This document shows positions 11,576-24,205 of a DNA stretch of 64,000 nt, piece after piece (the stretch's first letter is position 1; every line of letters starts with the position of its first letter). The translations under genes and the position numbers were made by a program. The DNA comes from Anthoceros angustus (lineage: Eukaryota; Plantae; Anthocerotophyta), in assembly GCA_010909165.1 (NCBI GenBank), contig MU008180.1, positions 495,884 to 559,883 of the forward strand, in the 5' to 3' direction. Under the pieces are notes generated by a model. That model worked only from the letters and a program-made list of their open reading frames with translations. It had not been told where the DNA came from and did not search any database.

Positions 11576-12888
11576 TTACGATTTGTTCTCTCCTTCATCT
11601 GACGTATCCCATTTCTTGGAGACGTCATTTACGTTAGGAAGCGGCATCTCGCCATCCTGTGAGCCACGAGAGCAACGAAAAGGTCAGAACCAATAATTGA
11701 CAGGGACAAGTGAGCGAGACAACGTCCGTGTCTTACCCTTTTGGTGGCTTCCATCATCTTTCTGCGCAACGCCTCATGTTCCGCGCGTACCCTGGATGGC
11801 ACACCCCTTGTCTGGTAGACATTCTTTTGAGCTGCATCTTCATCGATGTAGTTGTTCGTAGTGGCGAAGGGGTGGTTGGCGGGAATCCACCTAACCTCAT
11901 CGGGATCTACCCCCTCTGGAACGGTCTCACCTTCATTCAGGAAAACGACAGGTCTCTTCCATCTGTAGGCCTGCGTTCTCCTGGTCTGGTGGCTCTGAAC
12001 CTTCTCATCCGTCAACATCACAGGCTGCACCCGAAATAGCCTTCCGTCTACCTTCACCGTAGAGTTTTTGTCCGCGACTTTCACTAAAGGATTGTTAAAC
12101 GGGTCTTCAAAGTTCAAGGGCCTGGAACTGCGGCAACAGGAAAAGTTAACACAACCTAACTCGAAGCCGCCACTCAACCGAGCAAATTCAGACAACGGGC
12201 ACCAGCACTACTAGGCGCAGGGAGCAGGCTAACATACTCAGCTCCTCGATCAGACCTCAATTGACCTCGCTTTACAAGGTCAGATACAGAGCCCTGGGAT
12301 TCTTCCTTTGGTTTCATGAGAAAACCAATCACTGCCATCATAACAACTGAAGCAGTCAGTACGGCACCTCCTGCGAGGTTCATGGGAACACCTCTTTGCC
12401 ACTGCCAAAAAACCAGCAATTAGATGCTGTCCACCCGTTCCAACGCCGAAAATACTCCAAAATTCACATGCCAACTCCATAAAACTCACCGGCAAGCCCT
12501 CAGACGCAACCGACGCCGTGGATACAGCCTCCTGGGAGCTCGCCGTGGCCGTTCTCGGCTCCTCCCCCTCCTCAAACGCCACGGATATCTTCATATCCTC
12601 ACCCGGCCGAGGCACCACGGCAGCTCTAGCCGCCATGGCAACCGCCGCATTCCGGTCGCCTCCCTTCCTGCCAACCTGCGCTGCAAATGCCCGTGCCACA
12701 CCCTGGCCCTGGCCCTGGCCCTTGCTTCTGTCCCCGGGCCAGCCAGGCCGCGGCACCAGCCAGGAATGCCGGGCGTGGCAGTGCCCGCACAGCACGCCCC
12801 CGGCTCCCGAATCGAAGCCTCGCAGAATGGAGGCCTCGGAATGCAATGCGCCCGCCCCGAGCGCGGCCAGCCTTGCGGCATCCGCCAT
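11576..12888 (-). CDS. MCD1: MULTIPLE CHLOROPLAST DIVISION SITE 1-like protein (multi-exon)
   Basis: Transit-like N-terminus, one hydrophobic segment (LAGGAVLTASVVMMAVIGFL), then FEDPFNNPLVKV...AYRWKRPVVFLNEGE...DPDEVRWIPANHPFATT...QKNVYQTRGVPSRVRAEHEAL, matching MCD1 as recalled; last exon inferred at 11576-11656. Confidence 0.85.
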
Positions 12889-13223
12889 CGCAAATTAGTC
12901 GCCGCAAGCAGCAGCAGCCCGAGATCGACCCCGAGCGGTGGAATAGCCGCCGGCTGCCAAGTGTGGAATGCGGAGCCTTAGAGAATGCCTGGTCCGCAGC
13001 TGAAACTTTTGGCGGGAGTCTCACTCGACCCCGTAACCCTCATCCGGGTCGGCTTAACCTCATTACGCTAAACGTCTTCAAACGTTTGAAAACGTACTCT
13101 GTTAACGTAAATATAGAATCGTGTTATGTCCTCCATATATAACGTGTATGGTCAGGTCCGATGGGATTTTCCTGACACCACAGTGGCCTTTTGAAATTGG
13201 GGTGAAGGGAACTGAGGGGAGTC

Positions 13224-14612
13224 ATGGCCTTCTCGAAGCGCTTCCGGAAGCGGCGCGCGGATGCTGATGATGACAAGGAGGATGAGGAAGACGACGAGGA
13301 GGAGAGGCGGTAGGGTTGGGTTTTTGGATTTCTGTTGCAACAGAGCCTGTGAGCTCGGACCGGTGACTTGTTCCAGCTGACACTATATGGGTGCAGGTTG
13401 GCCTTGGAGGAGGTTAAGTTTCTGCAGAAGCAGCGAGGGCGGCGTAACGGGGCCCTGGCGCCATCGTTGAATCAGCAGCCGGCTTCTGTCAAGGCAAATG
13501 AGAAGGGGGGCGCTGAGGGCGAAAAGGAGGAGCTTGTGTTGCAAGACACTTTTGCTCAGGAAACTGCTGTTACAGTTGAAGACCCTAACATGTAGGATGC
13601 TTTCCTCACTGGAATGATAGGGCCGAGTCTTTCGTTATGATTGGACGGTATGGTTGATGTCTTTTTGGCGCTGGCTTTTACTTGTAGGCTGAAATATATC
13701 GAACAAGAGTTGTTGAAGAAGCGGGGAAGGGATCTTGGGTTACCAGTAGAGGAGGAGAAGCCGGTTGAAGATGACTTGTATCTTATCCCTGAACATCTAA
13801 AGGTAACTATTTGTAGCCCGAGTCTGTAGTGTGCTGACTGTGATCTTTAAGTCGGTTTCGACGTGTTTCAGTTGACCGAGCGTACCTTGCAGGTGAAAAG
13901 AAGGAATGCGGAGGAGAGCTCCACTCAATGGACAACCGGCATAGCCGAAGTCCAGCTTCCTATCGAGTAAGTATGTTTCGTGTATTGAATAAGGGCATTT
14001 GGAATACGTTGTGAGGTACGGTTTGCGTAATTTTACTGAGGTTGGAAATGGATTCGGGAATACCAGGTATAAACTGAAGAACATAGAAGAAACGGAAGCT
14101 GCTAAGAAGCAGTTGCAGGATAAAAGGCCATTCGTGGGAAGGGGAAGGTATGCCTTATGTCTGATGTTGTTCTCAGTTGTTTCAACATCTACCTAGCCAA
14201 AATACACGTCATAATTTGATCTTCGCTCTGATTTGGCGCTTGTTGCTTGGTGCACCGTGAAGTAGGGTTCAGTCTAGCATCCCATCCAGCTACAGTGCAG
14301 ATTTCTTTCAACTTGGGCGAGACTATGCTGATAGGCTTCACCGAGGTAGGAAAAGATCTGCAAGGCATCAGATATGTGAATGGAATTGTAGCACATTTCT
14401 TGGATGTAATTCTGATACCACCTTGTGTTCCTGATGCAGAGCACCCAGAGTACAGAGATAGCAAGGATGGGCAGCCTCCCCCTGGCAAGTCTGGTTCTGT
14501 TGATCCTTTCGGTGACTCGCGTGAAATGGGTAACAGGCGGCAAGCTGCAACCGATGAGATTATGTTGGAGCGCTTTCGAAAGCGAGAGCGCAGCCGGCTT
14601 ATGCGACGGTAG
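13224..14612 (+). CDS. CSU2: C9orf78/TLS1/HCA59 family splicing-associated protein (COP1 SUPPRESSOR 2-like; multi-exon)
   Basis: MAFSKRFRKRRAD..., LEEVKFLQKQR, QDTFAQETAVTVEDPNM, STQWTTGIAEVQLPIEYKLKNIEETEAAKK and RRQAATDEIMLERFRKRER motifs across GT-AG exons. Confidence 0.85.
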
Positions 14613-15468
14613 AGCAGGGAAGTCGCTCAGTCGTGGGTGGTGGGTCTGTTTATGAAGGGATTAGTCATTGTGACTGGAGTTGGAGTTGGTGCTGTGTGTG
14701 GCACAGACCAGCACTTGTGTCGTGTTTAGGTTTCAAGTTTTGCCCACATGGGTAGAAGCATTTCGTACTCCAGGAAATTCCCTCACAATACAGTTATCTA
14801 CAACAACACAACTTAGTGGACTTGGCTGCAAAGGTGGAATACAGGTGCCTGTTGCGACCTGACCAAATTCAAAAGTTTGAAATCGTGAGTTTCTCAACTG
14901 TCTCATACTTTCCTTTCAAGCTTTAATACGATCTTTCTGCCGTTTTGCCATCCTAGTATTGACCGCTGGAGTTGTGCCTCTGGAGTCTCAGGCAATCAGT
15001 TGGAGTTACATAACCTGGCCTAGCAGAGCCAGTGCAACCAGCTCATTGTTCCAGGACGCTCAGACCCTGCCGAAGGACCAAGGTGATGCCTTCGGAGCTT
15101 ACATTGTTGCTGTTCGTTTTCAGTACATCATGTGTTCTAGCTTTCTTGTCAGACTGCGGAGGTGGATGGAGTCTGTCGTGCCCCATGGCACCGTTGTACC
15201 TCTCCGCACCCGTCTCTCGCCTCCTCTGCTGGTGGAGTCCTTAGTCTGGACTTCACACGTCGAAAAGGACATAAGGCATGACAACCTGCCACTTATTCTA
15301 CATTCGGAGTGCACTTGCCTCTCTGTCTGTTTGGCGGTTGTACAATCGTTGCTTGCTCTTGGCTTGTCGTTTCCTATGTGGTGGCTAGTGTGAGATACCA
15401 GGATATTCCTTGTATTGTCAAGGGTGCGAAGGATTTATACAAGTCTTTCCATTCCCAACAAAAGCTGT

Positions 15469-17232
<1,764 letters not shown>

Positions 17233-17917
17233 TTCTGCAGCCCGCACTCTGGCCAAGGGACTCACAGCCACTTACTTCATCACGCCACAGGTGGATCTTT
17301 CAGCTCCAAGAGCCGAGGGCCGCAGAAAAGGAGCTGGAAAGAAGCGACCAGGAAACGGCTGGAGAGTAATCCATCACCCCGAGTAACCCGTCCAGCAGCA
17401 GCACGTCTCACCAATTCAATTACGCACGTTGTGTACTAAGACTTTTGTACGACTGACAGATGAAGTGCTGGATGTGGAGTCATTTTTTCTTTCCTCCAGA
17501 AGTCTCTCGAAACGTGCGTTTTCCATCACGCCGGCTCGCACGCCATCGTAAGTAGCCCGGCTGTATGCATCCGCCAACTCCCTGCTTGCCGTGCACCCCC
17601 GGGGTGGGCGCCGCTATCTGTGCGCCAACAGCAGTCACACCTACCTTGGTCAGCCCACTATCTCGATCCCTGCCGACGTTCGAGTTTATCTCAAGACAAA
17701 CACGGCACGGATTCTGAGGCCCAAACATGCCCTTCTGTAGAGATGTTGATTTGGGTTTGACTGGGTGTAGGGCGGCTGTGCGGCGGTCGTGGCGGCGGCA
17801 GCGCGGTCATGGTATGCCGGGGGATGAGGCGAAGCATCTCCCCTTCCGTCGTCCTTCTCGGCTCGCCACTAACTCGCAGCCAACTGACCCGTTGCAGGCA
17901 GACTGGACCAAATGTAC

Positions 17918-18051
17918 ACAAAAGACAAGTAAGCTCTTCCTTGCTTGTCTAACAGTCCATTGCTTCTTGTTACATAAGCAAGGTGGAGCTCACTTGCCCA
18001 TTACAAAAGACAAGTAACCTCTTTCTTGCTTGTCTAAGAGTCCATGCTTCT
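17918..18051 (+). repeat. Two direct ~50-bp repeats, each containing an ~11-bp stem hairpin
   Basis: ACAAAAGACAAGTAAGCTCTTCCTTGCTTGTCTAACAGTCCATTGCTTCT at 17918-17967 and a near-identical copy at 18003-18051; AGACAAGTAAG and CTTGCTTGTCT are complementary with one G-T pair. Confidence 0.8.
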
Positions 18052-18654
18052 GCCGACCAATCGCACTGTAACAAGACTGCTGCGATTATAAGACAGCCCT
18101 GGGGCTCCCTGTCATGGCAATCCACATGCACAGAGTCTCCTGAAATTGCCCCTTCGATCGTTCGTCGAGGGATCCGCCCATGTCACTTCAACAGCTTCCA
18201 GTGAAGACATTCACTCTCTTCGTCACCTCAGGGCTGTGCTACTACATCTTAGGGGACCATGAGCCCTTTACTTACCCCTTCAAAGCCACGCTACACGCTG
18301 TGCTTTGGGGCTGGAACCTTCAACGTCACGACTACTCACTTTGTAGCCCCAGCGTCACTGCCCACGGTGTGGGTAAGGGCTGAAAGACCATTGCCATTTC
18401 TTTTTCTCAAAGAGTAGGAGACCCACTTCACGTCCTGCCACTGGAGGAATGCATATGGAAGACTTCAGCGAATCACCTGCACGGAAGGAAGAATTTGGCA
18501 AGCATTTTGTGCTGGCCTTCGCTCCTGCGAATCGGGCTACAGAGGCAATCTGCAACAGACCGCAAAGGACACAGTGCGTGCCCTGATCACCAGGCGCCCA
18601 ATCAACAAGCTTTCCTGCGTTGCTCTGCTGACTCCTTCGGTGTTATTCCATCAC

Positions 18655-18922
18655 TGGACACAAGGGTGCCACTGTGTCCCTGGACACAAGGCTGCCACTG
18701 TGTCCCTGGACACAAGGCTGCCACTGTGTCCCTGGACACAAGGCTGCCACTGTGTCCCTGGACACAAGGCTGCCACTGTGTCCCTGGACACAAGGCTGCC
18801 ACTGTTTCCCTGGACACAAGGCTGACACTGTGTCCCTGGACACAAGGCTGACACTGTGTCCCTGGACACAAGGCTGACACTGTGTCCCTGGACACAAGGC
18901 TGACATTGTGTCCCTGGACACA
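18655..18922. repeat. 26-bp palindromic minisatellite, 10 full copies plus a partial
   Basis: Unit TGGACACAAGGCTGCCACTGTGTCCC starting at 18655, 18681 ... 18915; it contains the inverted repeat GGACACA/TGTGTCC; no spacers between units. Confidence 0.97.
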
Positions 18923-19489
18923 TGGGTGAAACTGTGGCTATTGAGGACTTCCTGCAATGTGACACGCTTCACTCAGCTGCATGCGGGCCACTGGAGTTGG
19001 CAGTCTTTCACACATGCCAATTCCTCAAAACTGGAATTCGTGCAGTCACAAGTTGTTCCGAGTCGTCCTACCCGAGGCTGCACCGCACTCGACACCATTT
19101 CGGAGCCATGCCAACGCAGCATCTTCTGCAAAGAACGACAACGTCTTAGCAGCTAAGTGAGAATACCAAGCTCAAGAATGAATGTATCATATACACATAC
19201 ATACCTCCACCTTGTCAGACATGTCATCGAGGATCAAGGGCCGGCCACTACCTTATAGATTCCTGGCTTGCAAGGCAGTTGAACAGGCATTTGCACAACG
19301 GTGTCACCCATCGAGGTGACTACCTCCTGGAATACTCGGGGCTCCAGCTTTCCTAGGCTTTACCGGCAGGTGGGTAATCAGAGGCAAAGATGCCACTTGC
19401 ATGTGAGAAAGCCTAGTTGATGACCGCATCCGCCGCTTGTTGTTCGAGTGGTCCCAGCAATCGATGTGAGGCTGCTCCAGAAATTGATT

Positions 19490-20040
19490 TGTAACACACA
19501 TCTTTGATCAGCCGGCAGTTTCGAAAACCACCTTCTTCGAGCGCATTTGCTGGCGTGGCTACAGAGTGCAACAACAGACAAAGCTGCCCAACAGATGAAA
19601 CGGTTTCCATGTCTTCCCAACTGTAGTCCAAGGACCAGCAAGCTTGGTGGTTGGAAATGTTTGCCAGTGCCCTGACTGGCAACTTCTTGGAGCAATGAGC
19701 GCTGCAAGATGTCAAGCATGACCAGGCCCTGCGTCCAGTGAAGAAGCTGACAGCCAGGGATCCCATGTTTGACAGATCACCCTCAAGGCAGGTGATGGCA
19801 TGGAATACACTGCTAAATGGCTATGGCCAGCTCAGCAACAGCAAGAAGACAATCCGGTGTTTCAAGGGCATGCAACAGAAGTCCTGCCCGCCGCAATCCT
19901 CATCGGACTCTGACTCATTCAAGGTCTAGCACTTACATGCTCAGGCTTGGTCAAAGACGATGCAACGTGGACTGCCCCAACTGAATGCAGGGGGCCCTTG
20001 ACCAGCTTGACTGCAGTATTGTGTGAGGAGGCAGCACTGG
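19490..20040 (+). pseudogene. Degraded PLS-PPR gene fragment
   Basis: MFDRSPSRQVMAWNTLLNGYGQLSNSKKTIRCFKGMQQ resembles the S-P2 repeat junction, followed by a frameshifted TCSGLVKD (compare ACSHAGLVREG in the intact PPR); interrupted by stops and frameshifts; boundaries approximate. Confidence 0.6.
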
Positions 20041-20329
20041 ACTCCAGTTGTTTTGTCCACTGAGACACGCAGCCGATGTCAATGAAACAACGGCCACCAC
20101 AACATCACTCATCAGTCTACGCTACAGTCCGACTCAGCACCTGAAGCACCAGTTGTGCGCTAATAGTCTTGCCTGCATTGGCCACCCACTGTGTGGTCCC
20201 TCGTATGGGTATGGAATACCAAAGCCGACAGAGGGGACGGGGCATATTTTTTAACACCAAACTTGCATCTATAAGAATATACTACTGAATCTCGTTCGGA
20301 CGTGCTACTCACCGCACATGCCCATAATT

Positions 20330-23300
20330 CAGGGTGTCATTTTGACCCGTCCCAAGCTCGGTCCCCTATTTTTTTTCGGGGACCGACGGTTCATAAAAGG
20401 CTCGGTTTAAAATTAATAAATTATTTAATTTTATATTCAAAGATTTATATTTATTATGGACACATGGACCCATCTTATAATTGGTGTGGTCAAAACGATA
20501 CTTATCATGGATCTATGGGCTATGTCTTTATTTATCTAATACCATCCATGGCCTATTAATACAGTCTTTATTCTATGAGATTTTATTAGCTTATTTTGAT
20601 ACATCTATAAAAAGTAGATATGTAATATTTTGCTTTGAATGTAGTTATTAATGTATACAATAATTTGTTGATATGCACGCTCATCCATGAAGATGGACTA
20701 AGATATGGTATCTCAACCATAGGCTTACATAGGACTCTTATCCTATCATGCTATGAATAGACACCCTTCAAGAGTACATAAGGCCACAACACTAGCATTT
20801 GGAGCATCACTCATTGTTGCTCTCCTCATTGTGGTGTGCTTGTTGTTCTTCTTTCTTGCTTCTTATTCTTCTTCCTTGCTCCTTGTTGTTCTTTCTTGGT
20901 AAGGGCTCTTCTTTTTTAGAGCTCATCTCTTTTTGAGCTCTTTAGGTTTAGAGTTCATTTTTGTTTGAGCTCATCTCTTTTTAAGCTCTTCTCTTTTAAA
21001 GCTTTGTTTTTTGGCTCTTCATTTGCTATATTAATTTTTTAAAAAAAATTTGCAGGTAAAGATGGCTCATTTTTCTCAAAGTTCAGCTTTTGGGTTTTTT
21101 GGAGGGGCTCCACGTGATGACCAAACAAGGAGTGGCGACAATAGCCAAACAAGCCAACCGAGTCAAAAGAGACAAAAGGTGCAAAGGCAAGAGTCTTCAA
21201 GGAAGAATGGAAGGTTGCATTTCATTGGGTGGAGTTGCTCAATCAATGGAGAGAATCGAATGTTTTGTGTTGTTTTGTGAAAAACATGGTCATGGTGTAG
21301 TGGGACAAGCTAAGGCGACTCAAGCTTGGGTAAAAGTTGGCAATCAGAACTTTCAGAAGAGTGCATTGGAGGACCATGCAAGGAGTACATCATTTAGCAT
21401 CAAGATGGAGCAAGCCCAAGCCAAGGCTCAACAACCAACCATGCAACGAACTTTGGAAATGCATTTTTCCAAAAAGGATAAGGAGATTCTCAACTTGTTG
21501 AAGTTCGCTTATTTCATTGCTAAGAAGGATTTGAGTTTCCATATGTACGAGGACCTTTGTGAGTTCATGGGGATATTGGAGTGGAAGGCATTCCAGAGGT
21601 GAAGACATATGGTTCATATCTTACAGATAGTGCTTGCAAGGAGCATGTGGTTCTCATAGCCAATTTTTTACGCGAACAACAGAAGGAGAGGTTGCGTGCA
21701 AGTCCATGGTATGGGATACTCATAGATGAGGGGACAGACAAGGCGATGGTGCAACACATAATTATTTATGTGTATTATTTGCATAATGAAACGGTACGAA
21801 CGGAGTTTTTGAAGCTAGCCAACATAACAAGTGCATGTGCGGAAGGGATCTTCAACGCCTTGGTTGAGCAGCAATTGCAACTCTTTTGATCGACATCAAA
21901 ATGAGTGATTTGAGCAGCGAGAGGGCATCACAATGAGTTTGAGCAAATAATGGATCTTGCTCAAACTCATTGTGCTCGTTTGTTGCAATCAGACGAGCTC
22001 CATGCTTGAAATCCACTCATTTTTTTGATATCCAGATCAAAGAGTTTTTCATCATTCAAGTAAGAAGACTACGACTTTGCATGAATTGCAAGTGCAATTA
22101 GAAATGCAAGTCTTAACTGTATCAAGAATTCATGATATCCATTGGTTGTTCAGAAGTCAAGCCATGAGTAGAATAGTTTGTCTATTACCAACTTTACTTA
22201 AATTTGCTCAAGAAGATGAGAGCCTAAATTGGCCAAAAGCAATAAGGGTCCAAATAGTTCTTCTTCCTTGCAGGGAAAGACTGTTTTCCAAGCTTTACTA
22301 ACTACTAAGGCCTTGTTTTCATTTCACTTTTTATTAGATATTTTAGAGGTTCTTAATTCCTTGAATACTAACTTTTAACGTGATTATCTGGAGCCAGTTA
22401 GCATAGCTCCCCTCATAGATTCTGTTGTTGAATAGGTCAAAAGTATGTATAAAGTTGATAGGGTGAGTGCGCGAAGTAAGATTTTATTGAGGTGAAAAGT
22501 ATGGGAAGTAGAAAGCTTTTCTCTTTCATTGAAAACTTGAAAAAAAGTCATGGAGTGTATGAGGGTTTTGTAATATCTAACTACTTTGAAAGTGAACTAA
22601 GTTCTTGCATTGCTAGTGCTAACAAATATGCTTTACCTATTGTTGATGCAGTGAATAATAAGTTTCGATCTTTGTGTGTTGCATGCTTGTCGTCTATTCA
22701 TCCTAAATTTTATCCACGAAGATGCAGATGAGCGTATCTGATTAGTTAATAGTTTGTTAGAGGTATTGTTGAAAAGTTTGGAACTAACTCTTTGGATGCA
22801 AATACTAATGTTGTCGACCCTTTTGTAGTTGATGAGGTGTGTCAAGTGAGTTGCTAACATTTGTGTCCATCTTGAAGTCTTCTTGTCGGATTGAGTATGT
22901 TAGCGACTTACAAAATATACTCAACAACTCGGGAGTGGGTAATCTTGACACCCTATGTTACGTCTTTGGGAATTATATTTGGTCATACCTTGTAGTACTG
23001 CTATATGTGAGCAGAGATTTTCTAAACAAAACTTTGTGACGAATAACATGAGAACTAATCATATTTTGACCCTTGATGGATTGATGAAGATATCCATCAA
23101 TGGTCCGCGTGTTAAGGAGATAGATTGGAATGGTATTTTTAAAGCTTGGAAAGACCAGCCTCGATGATAGAATATACTAGACATTTGTATTTTTATTTTA
23201 TTATTTATAAATTATTTATTTAATATTTATTATATTTTAGTGACCAAGGGTTGCAAAAGGCACGGTCCCTCGGTCCGGACCGGCGTAGCCAAAGTTAAGG

Positions 23301-23340
23301 GTCCTTGATCGAGATAGTACTCGGTCAAAATGACACCCTG
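20330..23340 (+). mobile_element. Decayed hAT-superfamily DNA transposon, about 3.0 kb, with ~17-bp TIRs
   Basis: Left end CAGGGTGTCATTTGACC (20330) and right end GGTCAAAATGACACCCTG (ends 23340) are inverted repeats with a 1-nt indel; subterminal CGGTCCC/GGGACCG motifs; AT-rich interior; no clean 8-bp TSD (left flank GCCCATAATT, right flank GCGCATATGT). Confidence 0.85.
21050..23167 (+). pseudogene. hAT (ZNF862/DUF4371-like) transposase with frameshifts and stops
   Basis: Fragments in shifting frames: NRMFC/FCEKHGHG...NFQKSALEDHARS (BED-like zinc finger), LKFAYFIAKKDLSFHMYEDLC, SPWYGILIDEGTD (first catalytic D), and STAICEQRFSKQNFV...LDGLMKISINGP (hAT dimerisation region). Confidence 0.85.
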
Positions 23341-23999
23341 GCGCATATGTCCGCTTTGGCGCCCTCACTAAGAGCGGCCATGCACCAAAGCGGTCAGACA
23401 TTTTCTTTTCGTTCAAATGTGTCTCTACTTCAAAAGTGCTTTCAAAAGTTTCAACCTCAAAATAAAGAGGCACTCCAGTTCAGAGACTGTGACACTATGT
23501 TAAACATAGAGTCTCCCACCCTGTACGATTCTATTTGGTTGCCACCAGATTCGTCTTTGTGTCATTTCTCTTGGCTGCCGTACATTGGTTGTGATAGCCT
23601 CCTTCCTGAGCTGCACAGAACCTTCCACTTGTATCACATCTAAAGACCCAACGCCCAAAAAGCATGTCCTTACTCAAAAACATGATGATATGATGGACCA
23701 GCTAGCACCACCAACTGAACTCTCTGATCCTTCCCGAAACGCAGAGGGAAGCAAGAAATGTTTGTAATTGGCCGTGACACCTCTTAGTCGCTCAAAGAAT
23801 TCGAGCTCTTCAACAACAACCACTAATTCATACTTGGTGGAGCTAAAGATGTGTACGCAGGATGGGACTCGCAACCTATTGGACAAGATGCCATCCAGTC
23901 AATAGCATTTGCTTTGGATGATTGCACTAGACCTATGGTACTTCGCTGAGCTTCAAAGTCCTCGAAGGCGCGGCAATTGTTACAGTACAGTAACCATTT

Positions 24000-24205
24000 T
24001 ATGTTGCAACAAGCACAGCATGATAAGTAATACATAAATTTATGATAACCATCATAAAATATATTGCGCAATATTTGAGGTGCCCTATTCAAGGAGATAT
24101 GCAGAATGTGAAAAACGGTTTTCAAGACCAAGGACTCATAAAGTAGTGTGGAGTAATTGATGCAGCCCATTTTAAGATAAAGGTGAGCTTGGATGAACAT
24201 GTATA
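24000..24205 (+). mobile_element. PIF/Harbinger DDE transposase remnant
   Basis: One frame reads YVATSTA**VIHKFMITIIKYIAQYLRCPIQGDMQNVKNGFQDQGLIK*CGVIDAAHFKIK, matching the Harbinger pattern FGV-ST...WP...GF...CGAIDGTH; three in-frame stops; element ends not identified. Confidence 0.75.

Noticed and set aside
14959-15393. 144-aa plus-strand ORF between CSU2 and OPR
   Set aside because: No recognisable domain; lies in the convergent 3' region; coding status cannot be supported.
18655-18922. Possible CRISPR array, and the repetitive ORFs crossing it
   Set aside because: Units are directly adjacent with no unique spacers, there are no cas genes and the context is eukaryotic; the ORFs are by-products of the repeat.
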